The notes: generated from the sequence alone by a model not told the origin. A stretch of 64,000 nucleotides of DNA from Octopus vulgaris (GCA_951406725.2 OX597835.1:45694001-45758000), one strand, 5' to 3'. Positions 40,780-54,854 are shown, counted from the first letter of the stretch. Made by a program: numbers and translations.

Positions 40780-40910
40780 TACCCCCACCAAGGAGGTTAT
40801 GTTTTTGCCTGCTTTGGTTTGGGAAATTGGGCAATTTTTAGCATGCAGGTATATGGGTGGAAATGAGCCTTCTTGGCGGAGGTGTGCACTCTTCGAGTGC
40901 TTTTCGAGTT
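40780..40910 (+). mobile_element. Short Helentron/HINE-like element
   Basis: Subterminal inverted repeats acccccaccaag / cttggcggaggt, 3' hairpin gcactc-ttc-gagtgc, T-rich flanks. Confidence 0.6.
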
Positions 40911-41689
40911 ATAATAGCATTCATCGCCATTGTAAAGATTGTGATATTAAAAACACCAATATTATTGGTTATGTTAGAGATTTTATAATTGTAATCACAG
41001 CTTTGCTCAAATGTCCTTATAACTGTAACGTCGGTGTTATTGAAATGATAAAATTAATGATATTATGGCGATATTGCAGTGTCAGACTTATTCGAATGAC
41101 AGTATTATTGTAAGGGCAGTCATTGTTATTGTAATGACTGCGTCTCTAACATCAGCGTTATTGAAATAAAGTTATTTGTAATGATAAAGCTACTGTAACG
41201 TCATAGTGTAAGCATAGAATTCTCGTAATGCTCGCCAATGTCACGTTAATAATTGTGTTGCTGTCATGTTAGCATTATCAAAATGTCAAAGTTATTATAA
41301 TGTAGGTACTATTGTAATGTCAAGCGGTTATTATTATTAAAAAAAGCAGCTTTATAATGATAAGAGATGTAGCAATGATTGTGTTGCTACAATGGCGACG
41401 CCGTTGCAGGAGAACTATCGAGACATCGACAGCGTTACTGCAATGTCGATGTTGTTCTAATCATGGTGTAATTGAACGACTCTATTTTGAATTCTTGGTG
41501 TGAAATTATGTGGTGAAACAGTTTATGTTTAACCGAATGATTACTCAAGCAATCGATTAGTTAATTGGTTAAATAATTAACCAATTGACGAATAATGATA
41601 ATAATAAAGAAATATAACTGAACCGGTGTAATGGTCCTCCTGTGATAAAACAAAATTTAATGATTGTTTTTGCTGAAAGGCTAGTTTCA

Positions 41690-42023
41690 TTTCTTCTGTG
41701 TCGGTGCTTAATTTATCGACCCCGAAAGGATGAAAGGCTAAGTCGACCTCGGCGGAATTTGAACTCAGAACGTAACGGCAGACGAAATACGTATTTCTTT
41801 ATTACCCACAAGGTGCTAAACACAGAGGGGACAAACAAGGACAGACATAGGTATTAAGTCGATTACATCGACCCCAGTGCGTAACTGGTACTTAATTTAT
41901 CGACCCCGAAAGGATGAAAGGCAAAGTCGACCTCGGCGGAATTGGAACTCAGAACGTAACGGCAGACTAAATACGGCTACGCATTTCGCCCGGCGTGCTA
42001 AAGTTTCTGCCAGCTTGCCGCCT
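41690..42023 (-). mobile_element. SINE family 3, young copy with Tx1-LINE-like 3' tail, followed in tandem by a partial second unit
   Basis: Head rc aaggcggcaagctggcagaa..gagttccaattccgccgaggtcgac; core gcctttcatcctttcggggtcgataaattaagtaccag; tail ..ccttgtgggtaataaagaaat; ~41703-41790 duplicates ~41887-41974. Confidence 0.85.
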
Positions 42024-44426
42024 TTCTGAAAGATATATTGTTATGATAAATAATGCAGTGTTAGTAGTATGGTAATGACTGTATTGTTGTCATCTTAGTT
42101 TTATTCTAGTGCCAGTGTTATTGCAGCGATATCATTATTTTAATACCGGTCAGTCTTATTGTAAAGAGTATAAGATTACAATGGCAATCGTATTGCAATA
42201 TATCTGTTATCGCATTGATAGTCCTCTTGTAATGACAATCTTATTGAAATGAAGTTGTTTATTAAAAGACCACACTGATGTCCATTAAAATAAAACTATA
42301 TTGCTTGCGTCTCTTGTATAAAGGACGACTGACATCTTTATTGCTTGCTTTCCAAGATGACATTGCGTGCAAAGCCTTCGTAAGTTCTTCAAATGGTTAA
42401 CGTTGACGTGGTTGAGGTTCTTGAAAGAGTTCAAGATCAGTTCTAATACAGTCATAGATAAGGGGAAAAGTCCAGAGGTAAAACATCCGAAGGAAAAGAA
42501 GAGTCGATTGGACTTGTTATGTGTGGGACCTACGTTAGGGTTGCATAATGCAATTGCCGGAGAAGAAAGGATGCGTGAGTCATATAGGCCTCAGCGGAGG
42601 TCTTGCGAGACCATCAAGGTCGCGATAACAAGTGCTGATGATAAACAGAGCGTATCTACGTGGTAGCGGTTCTCATCACTGGGGAGTTTCATGAAACCCA
42701 CCAGTTATAAGTACTCTTTAGACTGCTTCCCTTTAAGGAGCTCTGTCGAGAATTAAAAGGAATCATTTGTCTCTATCTGCCAAAATCAAGACTGGAATCC
42801 ATCAGCAAGATAGAGATTCTACGAAACTTCAGCCGGTGGAATCAACGGGAAGCTTCATTGATGTACATTTTCATTTCTTTTCCTTTCTCCTTATTTATTA
42901 TCTTTTTTTTCTGCAAGATCATTAGAGAAGATGATCAGGATTTCACTCTCAGTATTTGAATGTTTAAGTCGTCTAGGCACTTGCTTTTGTCGTTACATGA
43001 TTCACAAATGTTTTAATGTAGAATGATTCCCAGCATATACGTAACTCTCACTTCGTAGATGGAAGAACAGCTCTTTTAACGCTTGTGTTTTTCTCTACCT
43101 CGGGTCCGTTGAGCAAATTAGATGGAAACCTCAATAACGATACACTCCGCACGTTTATAAACCAAATGAATGGGGAAAGTGTTTATTGTAGGATTTGGTT
43201 TATAAACACAGCAGTGGTGACGCGAAGAGGACTGGTGTCTGAATCGAGTAATTCTCCAGGAAAACTTGGTTGTTATTTTCCATTCTGTTGATGTTTGGAT
43301 CGCGGTCGACTTTGAACAATGAAACCTGTGGCCGTAGAAGTGTCTGTCATGAACATTCTTCCGTATATCATCGATCACCATAACTAAAGTGCCATTCTTT
43401 ATTTCAAGAAAAGACGGATTGAATAGAGGAGGTTATAGCTCTTATTTCTAGCAGGTCTGACAAATATGTTACGCAGTCCCGTTGGGCTGACAGGCTCTTA
43501 TTTCTATTGTTCGTTTTTATTGCGTGTTGTTTTTTGATAGAAATTTAATACATATGATGGGAAATACTATTTTTTTTTATTCTCTTTGTTTCTCTTTCTG
43601 TAATTTATTCTTCATCTCGTGCTTAGTTTCATTATCACGGAAATAAAGGAGAAAATATTTCAGAATCTATTCATTTATTTATGCTAATGCTATTGCCATT
43701 ATTGTTGATGTTACTGTTGTTAAAGAGGCGTTAATTTCGTTTAACCCTGGGTCATCTGCAATAAGTATATGGTCGATAGCATAATGAAGTCGCCTTTACT
43801 GCTGCATTATTTTATCTCGGGAGCAAAGTAAATGGTTAAGTGGTCACGTGATGCCTTTCGTTTTAATTTCGTTACGATGGATGTTTTTGTTTCTGTTTAA
43901 CTTTTGGCAACCCACATTGAAAGAACTTTCGTGAAAGACGTTCCAATCAGGACCATCCTTTTATGGCAAGGTTAAAAGCATTTTTCTGTCTATAAGTTGT
44001 TTGAGTGGAGTAAGAGCAAGATTTGGCTGCTATATTTAAAGAATTGAAGAACAACGACGCAAATCCTCCTCAATCGGCTTTCTCATTTCTTGTGGTTTGG
44101 CGCCAAGTCATCCACGATTTAGCAGCACGACGATGAAAATGTTCTCTTGGTGACCATTCCAACTATTTTATATGGACAACCAGTCAACAAAATACTTCAT
44201 TGAATGTAATTTATGTTGTAAGGCGTTAAGGTGATTTTCAAGTGGGAATTGGTTGCTTTGTATAAAATAAGTGGATGATCATATAGTGGCTCCCTCTCTA
44301 GTTCACTGTCGAATGTGAAATGTAATATTAATGTTGGTAGAGTTTTACATTCAGATCAGTACTCATTGATCAGTCTTCCCATCAAACACATTGGACCCGC
44401 AAACATATTGCCATTTATATCTACTT

Positions 44427-44527
<101 letters not shown>

Positions 44528-44620
44528 TCTACATATATACATACATACATACACACACACACATATATATGTGTGTGTGTGTGTGTGTATATATGTATCT
44601 ACATATATACATACATACAT

Positions 44621-44653
<33 letters not shown>

Positions 44654-44833
44654 AATTTATATAAATAAGGATAAGATCGTTATTTAAATATCGAACTTAT
44701 CAAGTGGCAAGCCTAGGAATAAACACTTTTAAGGATAATAATTATTATTAAAATTATAATTTAGTGCAATAACACTATACTTATTCCACGTCCTCGCGTT
44801 GTTGTGTTTTCTCTTGGTTCATGTTTGGAGTAA

Positions 44834-44865
<32 letters not shown>

Positions 44866-44866
44866 A

Positions 44867-44906
<40 letters not shown>

Positions 44907-45338
44907 ATATGTATGTATTCATTTATATACATATTATATACATACATATTTATGTGTGTGTGTGAGGTGTATGTATGTATATATGTATGTATATTATACA
45001 CACAGAGAGAAAGAGAGGTTACACGAATTAATCATCAAAAGAATCACATTTCCTCAATTTCCTCTGTAAAATCTGTGGGCCTGCTTCATTTGAGGGACGT
45101 AGGAATCGTTGATATTGGCAGTAAGGGAAGTGATCAAGTAGAGGCCTAAACGTTGAATTTGCCTTCTTCGCCTATGAGTGGTTTTGTTGCTTGACTATTT
45201 ATATGCGGTTTATATGCAGTCATAAGTGGGACACTTTCGATGCTTAACGCCATTTGGGACGGGGTATCGAAAGAAAATAAGGAGATTCCACCCAACTAAT
45301 GCAAACATCAACGTTCGAAGTCATAAGTTACTGTAGAA

Positions 45339-45540
45339 ATCATCATCATCATCATTGTTCGACCGTGGTCGAGACAATGGAATTTATCATGCTACGCCAG
45401 ACTTCACGGTCCATCATGGCATTACGGAGGTCCTGTTGCTGGATGCCTGTATCCCTGGAGATTACATCAGGGTAGGAGAGTGTGCGCCCTCTGGTATTGC
45501 GGGTAGATGGCTCCCAGAGGAGAAGAGTAGAAACCATAGG
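45339..45540 (-). mobile_element. RTE-clade LINE 3' terminal fragment with (GAT)n tail
   Basis: STLLLWEPSTRNTRGRTLSYPDVISRDTGIQQQDLRNAMMDREVWRSMI* followed directly by tgatgatgatgat. Confidence 0.8.
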
Positions 45541-45624
45541 CATATATTCTTGGCATAAATTGTTGTTATATTGACTGGTGTTGTTCGTTTTGTCCACGTG
45601 ATAAGCATGTTTGTTCCTATCGGT

Positions 45625-45890
<266 letters not shown>

Positions 45891-46327
45891 GTAATTGCTG
45901 CTGTTGCTACCTAAAACCAATTATTTTGACTCTAACCGAGAAGGTATACTGACTGTTGCTCTCCACCTTTAATTATCGCGTCTTTTTGTGCGCCCAAGAG
46001 ATTATTACTTAATGTGTCCTTCAATAAAGAATTGTGGGGTGTAATTTGAAGAAGCATTTACTGTTGTTTGCAGGAGGTCGTTTGAACATGTTCTCTCATC
46101 TTTGTTTCAATCGTGCGTTTGCAATAACGGTGATGGCGTTCTAATTACAAGTGAATGCGCTAATTACTTAGAGCGCAATAACTGTGACAGAAAAAGAAAT
46201 AGGGAAGAGGAATACAAATTGATTAATTAATGGTGTTCATTATGTTAAGATTATTTTTGTTGTTGTCTTTGTTCACCGTAAGGATAGCCATGGTTGAGAA
46301 GACTTATTTATCTTTTATTTTTTATCT

Positions 46328-46560
46328 TCTACTTGTTTCAGTCATTAGATAGCGACCATGCTGGGTTAAAACCTTGAAAAGGTATAATTAGAATAAATCG
46401 ACCTCGGTATTTGTTTTCTTTTAAAGCCTACTACTTACTCTATCGTTAGCTTTTGTCGAACTGCTAAGTTACAGGGACAAACACACCAACATGGGTTATC
46501 AAGCGGCGGTGTGATACAAACACAGACACAAATGCATATACACACACACACAGACACACA
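46328..46560 (-). mobile_element. Older SINE family 1 tail module (interrupted by the younger copy)
   Basis: tacttgtttcagtcattagatagcgaccatgctggg...ctgctaagttacagggac..; its matching head module resumes at 46994-47157. Confidence 0.7.
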
Positions 46561-46566
46561 CATATA

Positions 46567-46985
46567 CTCTTTACTCTTTTACTCTTTTACTTGTTTCAGT
46601 CATTTGACTGCGGCCATGCTGGAACACCGCCTTTAGTCGAGCAAATCGACCCCGGGACTTATTCTTTGTAAGCCCAGTACTTATTCTATCGGTCTATTTT
46701 GCCGAACCGCTAAGTGACGGGGACGTAAACACACCAGCATCGGTTGTCAAGCAATGCTAGGGAGACAAACACAGACACACAAACACACACACACATACAA
46801 ATATATATATATACATATATGCGACAGGCTTCTTTCAGTTTCCGTCTACCAAATCTACTCACAAGGCATTGGTCGGCCCGGGGCTATAGCAGAAGACACT
46901 TGCCCAAGATATAACGCAGTGGGACTGAACCCGGAACCATGTGGTTGGTTAGCAAGCTACTTACCACGCAGCCACTCCTGCGCCT
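46567..46985 (-). mobile_element. tRNA-derived SINE family 1, full length
   Basis: Near-identical to 20131-20563. Confidence 0.92.
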
Positions 46986-46993
46986 ATATATAT

Positions 46994-47157
46994 ACGACTG
47001 GCTTCTTTTAGTTTCCTTCTACCAAATCCACCCATAAGGCTTTAGTCGGCTCGAGGTTATATTAAAATACACTTGCCCAAGTTTCGAAACAGTGGGACTG
47101 AACCCGGAGCCGTTTGGTAGGGAATCGAGCTTTTTTACCACACAGCCATGCCTGCGT
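46994..47157 (-). mobile_element. SINE family 1 head module (older copy)
   Basis: acgactggcttc...cacttgcccaag...agtgggactgaacccggagcc...accacacagccatgcctgcg. Confidence 0.75.
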
Positions 47158-47722
47158 CGATGAATGTTGAAATATTCTCAACAGCGCCATTTTAGTCATG
47201 ATGTGACACATATAAAATCACAGGTTGCGCAGCGCCTCCTGTTGAATCATGATTGAGCAAATCAAAATTCAAACACGCCATTGTTGTGTAAACCTTGTTT
47301 GATCGTAATTAATGTGAGTTAATGTCAAAGTGGTTGTCACTGTTTGATCAAATCGAAAAATGAAAGATTTAATTGCCAATTAACATGTCATCTGTAACGT
47401 GTGATAATCAACTAAGTTATTTTATATTTTGGTCCCTATTCATTCAGGGTTGAACTGGTCTCGAAAAGAAAGGTGATGTTACTTTCTGCACTTTCTGCGC
47501 AGTATAGTTTGCCTTACACTTGTTTCACTCATCAGTCTGCAGCGATGTTATAACACCACCATGAAGAATTGTAGTCGAACGAATCGACACCAATACATAT
47601 GTCTTTCATAGATTTGGTTACTTGGACATAAACACACCAACACTGCTTGTCAATCAGTAGTGAGGCAAACACATACACAAAGAAACATACACACACATGC
47701 ACACACACACACGCACACACAC

Positions 47723-47955
<233 letters not shown>

Positions 47956-48499
47956 CTTCCTTTAGTTCCCGCCTACCAAATTCACTGACAAAGCTTTGGT
48001 CAGTTCGATCCTAGTGTTGATGACACTTGCCCAGGTGCAATGCAGTGGGATTGAACACAGAACTATGCTGTTGAAAAGCAAGCGTCTTACTTCATTGCTA
48101 TATCTGCGCCTAAAATCTTGAAGGGATATTTTAGTTACTATTTTATAACTTGTTCACTAAGTGCCCCAATATGTTTTCATACATTCAGCATTTGTTGTTA
48201 AATTCTTTTTTTATCGAAATCTCGTTCTTATTGTTATAAAATCGTGTTGAGGTAGTAATATATATAAAAAAACTGTCTAATTAATATAATGAATTCAAAT
48301 TTTGAGAAATTTTATGGTATTTTGAAGACGATTACACTGATTCTAGTACTCAGTTGGTACTTATTTTATCAGCCTCGAAAGGAAGAACGCCTAAGTCGAC
48401 CTGAGTGGAATTTTAAATCAGAACGTAAATGTCTAATTGGTATATTGATAGCAAAGAACAAACATATGCTTAGTCAAATATTTAGCAATATTGATTTCG

Positions 48500-48640
48500 A
48501 ATTTTAGCACAAGGCCAGCAATTTCAAGGGAGAGGATAAGTCGATTACAGCGACCCAAGCTTTCAACTGGTACTTACTTTATCGACTCTGAATGGATGAA
48601 AGGCAAAGTCAACCTCGGCGAGATGTGAACTCAGCGTCAA
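48500..48640 (-). mobile_element. SINE family 3 fragment with non-Tx1 tail
   Basis: gcacaaggccagcaatttcaagggagaggataagtcgattaca...ggatgaaaggcaaagtcaacctcggcg. Confidence 0.75.
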
Positions 48641-48752
48641 AGTCTAATTAATATCTTTCAGTCTATATATTCATCTCAAAATCAAATCGGCACAATTTTG
48701 ATTGTTTTCTGAAATTCAAATGAGAATGTCAGCCTACCCCAGACCACCTATA

Positions 48753-48836
<84 letters not shown>

Positions 48837-49198
48837 AAAGAGGAAAGCTGAACTAGGGGCTAGCAACAGTAAAATTTTTCAAAAGACGTCGAAGGAAACC
48901 ATTATAGCTACCGACAAGGTATTCACAAGCGGAGCTTAGTGTGGCCCATTCCGTGACAGTTTAACTTATGATGAGTATGATCGATGTCAAACTGCATTGA
49001 TTTTTGTCATCGTATTTCTATTATTTTATTTCAATATCTTGGGAAAAATATTTTCTTAAACTGACATTCTACGTGAAACGCATCAAAGCCATGTACTCTC
49101 ATTCTAAAATATAGCAAACATTTTAGTCAAAAATGAAACCAATTGGAGTCTTGTTACATCTGCTGTTCATTTTCAAATTGCTGTTATATTTGCTGTCG

Positions 49199-49456
<258 letters not shown>

Positions 49457-52009
49457 TTTAATCATATTGTTTTTGTTGTAGCGATGATCATAACAGCGAT
49501 TACATTCTTCAGAAGTTGCTTCCGTGTCGTGCTGTTGCATTTAATGAAGTCTTCTCCTACTATTCATCATCATCGTCATGATCATGATCATCATCATCAC
49601 CATCGTCGTCACATCATCATCATCATCATCATCATCAACAACATCTCCTCCTTATCCTTCTTCGTTTTCTTCATTTTACTGCTTCTTTTCCTTCCTCAGT
49701 CACCCATTTTTTGTCTTTCAGCGCCATTTTCGTTTTCAATCGGTAATATATTCTATTTAACCCCCACACATTATTAAAGATAAAACATTTCTATCTTTTC
49801 GCTCTCCTTGCCCACTTCCGGCTCTTTACGTTTCCAGCTCTCATCACAATCTGGTGTGTTTCATCCTTTGAGGACCAGTACAATAAAGTCCCAGTCAAAT
49901 GCCGAGTCCTGTGTAATGGCTTACCCTTCATTTAAAACTTTCCTGTGTTTGCAGAAACATTTGAAAAGCATCATTCTCATCCTGCTCTTATTCCTCCTCC
50001 TTATGATGATGATGATGATGATGATGATCATCATCATCATCATCATCATTTCTATTATTGTTATTATTATTATTATTATTATTATCATTATTATTATTAT
50101 CATTATTATTATCATTGCGCGAGAGAGCAGTGGTGTACAAATATAGGAAGCCCAATATACCAATCCCGAGTACCTGTCTGATAGTGTACACCAGGCACAT
50201 ACATCACAACTATATGTGCGTGACATGGTGATATCATATCAAGATAAACATCGCATGACCTTGCAGGTGGAGCCCAATTAGAATTTTCTTCTGGTTGAGT
50301 AACCCATCCTGCTCAAAAGGTCCCTCAATAAGTGTTTTTTAAGGATATTGAACGAAACACCTATGTTTCCAGAGGTGAATTATCCAAAGCCTCTCAACAC
50401 ACGGCCAAGATGCTTCCCCACTACTTCTGCTCGTGATCAGAGATGCACATATCGTCAGCCACTAAGGGACATGCTCAACTGGTTATGGTCAAACAACTGA
50501 CAAGCAAATCTGTGGTATTGAGCAGAATATTTGTTGTAGCTCATCTTTCATACCAAGACGAAATAATGTACATGATAACACTTCCAATCAGTTAAGATCA
50601 GAAGCCACGAGAGCCATGATTGAAACTGCTATTATTGTTATTATTGTCGTTGTCGTTGTCTTTGTTGTTGTATTTGTTGTTGTTGTTGTCGTTATTGTCG
50701 GCGTCGTTGTTGTTTATCGTCAAGACTATAACTGACATGAACGCTCTTTGAGTTATTGACATGTTTATCTTATGATATATTTTTTCTTTTTTGTTGTATA
50801 GTATGTCGTATTTCGAGCAGATCATTAGGGTCTGAGCAAAAATCATTCTTATCTCCTTAAAGGAACGAAATGTCGAGAAGGAAATATTACTTTTCAAAAT
50901 ATCAAAACAAAATAAAAATGGCGTCATCTTCGTCGCCAAACCAAGAAGAGAGGAAGATAGAAGGTGTCTTTAAAAACGAAATTGTTTTTCGCACTTCCCG
51001 CATCCTAACGTATCAAACATGGAAAGATGTAGAAGCAGCAGAATCAGTAGCAACAATAAAACACCAACAACACCAACAAAAGCAACACCATCCAAGGCTA
51101 CAACAACAATGAACAAGAAAGACAAAAGCAGTACCTTCACACATACAATGCGCTAATTAAATCAACGCCGCCAATATTACAACCATTAACACCAACACAT
51201 TAGCTACAGACACAAGGGAATAAAGGCGATTCTTTGGGCCTGGAAGGCAGAGGAGTAATTGGCAACACAGCCACAAATCAGTCTTTGAAGGACCGGGCCG
51301 GGTGCGTGCTATTCGCATCCAAGGAGTTGTGTGCATAATTTCGGCAGCACTTTGCCGAGCTACGCGTAGCGCGGTGCGTAGGCGGCGAGGTTGGATCCAA
51401 CTTCCCACCGCGACATCATGCCGCGCCTGTCGGCCATCAACTCCACCGCAACGTAGGCTATTAGAATAACTATTAACATTACTTGATCTTCGCTTTTTCA
51501 TTCGACTTAACTTTTGCTGGTGCATATATACATACAACTAGGATTGTGTATATATATATGTATGTGTGCGTACGCATGTTTTTTTGTGTGTATGTGTGAT
51601 TTCTACTTTAATGTTATTTCTGTTGTTCCAGCTCATTGAATTCTTTGATACAGAATCTGTAGAAGAGAAATCTTTCCTTTTGAGATATGCTCCACTGCCA
51701 ATTTGAACTGTGTCAAATAGCAATAGACAGTGAATAGCGATGTATGTGTGTATGTATGTATGTATGTATGTATGTATGTATGTATGTACGTATGTATGTG
51801 CATATACATATACATACACACAGAAACAAACACACACACATACAAACACATATTCTTTTCCACGTGCACTTTAATGGAAACAAAGGGAAAATAAATAGAT
51901 ACAGGGACAGTCAGACCGGCGGATATGTAGACTGATAGATACATAGATAACTAGCCAGATACATAGACAGGCAAACGGACAGACAAACAGACAGACAGAC
52001 AGAAAGAGT

Positions 52010-52028
52010 GATATATATATATATATAT

Positions 52029-52105
<77 letters not shown>

Positions 52106-52178
52106 CTGACAGAAAAATAGATAGACAGATAGATTGATAGACAGACAGAAAGACTGATAGATAGATAGATTGACAGAG

Positions 52179-52239
<61 letters not shown>

Positions 52240-52355
52240 CATAGACTGACAGAAAAATAGATAGACAGACTTATAGACTGAGAGAAAGACAGATAGATAT
52301 ATAGATAGATAGATAGATAGATAGACAGAAAGATAGATAGATAGATAGATAGATT

Positions 52356-52400
<45 letters not shown>

Positions 52401-52409
52401 TTTGATAGG

Positions 52410-52440
<31 letters not shown>

Positions 52441-52473
52441 TTTGATAGGTAGATAGATAGATAGATAGGTAGG

Positions 52474-52513
<40 letters not shown>

Positions 52514-52545
52514 TAGAAAGAAGATATACAATAGATAGATAGATA
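52010..52545. repeat. Long imperfect (GATA)n array
   Basis: Direct inspection. Confidence 0.95.
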
Positions 52546-53020
52546 AAAGCAAGGCAGAGATGAAGTGAAAAAGATGTAAGAAAAAAACAGAAAAGAGAGC
52601 GCAGAAGAATGAATACCGAGTTTCCGCAGAGAAAAATTGTAAATGGGCGAGAAAATGATTTGAATATAAATAAATAAAGGAAATGAAAAAGTAACACGAA
52701 AGGTCCAAAAAGTTTGACGATTAAGCGAATAATATAAAGAAAGCGAAGAGATGTAAGGGAAACAAATGTTGGATAAGATCAAATAGGAATGTAAAACTGA
52801 AATGTTATAGATAGGAAGGGAAACTGAATGAAGAGGGAGGGAAGAATATTGGTGAGAATGAGAGGTGTGTGACAGGGGAATGGAAATAATAGCAAGGTGA
52901 GGAAGAACAATGTTTTCAGGTTGAACCTGAAGGTGCTGCTTGTTAAAAACATTATAAAGGGAGCGGCACACACATGCACACACACATACACACGCATATA
53001 AATGTATGAACGTACGTATG

Positions 53021-53130
<110 letters not shown>

Positions 53131-53739
53131 TATATAGCATGTATTACACACACGTATATTTATTCATTCGTATATATATATATATGAATATGCCAACACA
53201 TAGATACACATGCAGTGTGTGTGTGTGTGTGTGTCAGTGTATATGTGTGTGTGTGTATATTTATACATATATATGTGTGTGTACGAGTATTATTGCGCTC
53301 ATCCGCACGCGTGTGTGAGCATGTGTAGAAGATTTCTTCCACCAGATCACCTTTGGTGCTTTATTTGACAAGTGAGTTCCATAAGAAGATACGAAAGCAA
53401 TTTTCCATTGCATCTCTACGAGGATTTTTTGACGTGATACCATGTTATTGGCTAGATATAGGCAAGTTCATCGCGCATGTCTGGACTATTGGAACATGAA
53501 TAACCTACAAAAACTCCAACAATGCATTTACATCCATGTTTTAACGCTTCAGGGCCTTCGCCAGGATTATTCACTCATATGATTGCATGCATTTATACAT
53601 ACGTTTATATGTGTGTATATGTATGTATGCATGTATGTATGTATGTATGTATGTATGTATGTATGTATGTATGTATGTTTGGATGGGTGGATGGATGGAT
53701 GGATGGATGGATGAATGTACGCACACACACAAATATATA

Positions 53740-54450
53740 CGGCAATAAGTTTTCGGAGTATTGCCATATTAACGAATCTAAAGCGCGCAGAGTAAAGCCG
53801 CTTGGCGAAGATTGACCCTGACCTCCTCTGTGTATGCCCACGAAATTTCAGCGATCCAGCTCACTTCTGGTGTTTACAGCAGTGCTTTGAAGGAAGGTGT
53901 GTAGTGTGTGATTGTCGCATTGACCATCAGAGAAGTTGAGAAGAGGATCTACATCAATGTTTGCCAAAAGCTTGGCGATACCAGCTAAGAAGCCTACGCA
54001 AACGTTTTCAAAATGTTTTCCTCGTTTTTGTCACAATCAAGAAAATTTTGTGCACCTGAAACCTGATTGTGTCTTTTTGCTCAGCTGAAAGAGGTTTTGG
54101 CACAAACTTACCTGACACGCGTCTCATACCGAAATCCTCAAGGATAATGGACTGAACTGAATAATAACTAATCTGCACGTCCTCTTAAAAGACACTGATG
54201 TTTCCCCTTGCAGCTGCATGCTCCTCTGCGATGTTTTTCTCAGTTCTGCTGATTGCGGGTCGCCCAGAATATTCGTCAATATCAACATTTTTCGGCCATG
54301 TTGGAAACGTCTGAATCACTCGTACACTTGTGTGTGTAACATACACTCCTTTCCATACATTTTCTGAAAATTTCTGTAGGCATCTGATCAGGTATCGACT
54401 CAACGACTTTTTGTCATAGTCAATGCTGCGATCACATTCCAAGCACTGCT
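53740..54450. mobile_element. Mariner-derived remnant with two converging transposase N-terminal fragments
   Basis: Plus strand ~53938-54000 EKRIYINVCQKLGDTS*EAY (cf. EQR..IKFC.KLG.TA.E); minus strand 54185-54442 ..NVDIDEYSGRPAISRTEKNI (cf. DD.RSGRP..S.T.EN). Confidence 0.65.
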
Positions 54451-54696
54451 ACAAACAGCGTATATATATATATGTATGTATGTATGTATACGTGGCTGTA
54501 TACATATATGTATGCATGTGCCTATATATATATATATATATATATATAGGATATATAGATAGAGAAGTATATAGTGTACATTCAAACACATAAGAAATAT
54601 CAAAGAAATAGGATATCTGACTCACTAGAAAGTGCAGTTAAACTCCAAACCACTAATTGTTATAATTTCGAAAGTGAAGGTAAAAGATTTTATATA

Positions 54697-54715
54697 TGAT
54701 AGATAGATAGGTAGG

Positions 54716-54798
<83 letters not shown>

Positions 54799-54799
54799 G

Positions 54800-54854
<55 letters not shown>

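Noticed and set aside
42360-43400. Short ORFs at 42367-42666 and 43118-43381 as exons or a CR1-like LINE tail
   Set aside because: Only vague resemblance and no diagnostic motif that can be supported by eye
51157-51537. 126-aa minus-strand ORF with a hydrophobic, signal/TM-like end (and the idea that its TAA is recoded by RNA editing)
   Set aside because: Hydrophobicity follows from GT-rich low-complexity sequence; no recognisable domain, and no evidence for the two edits required
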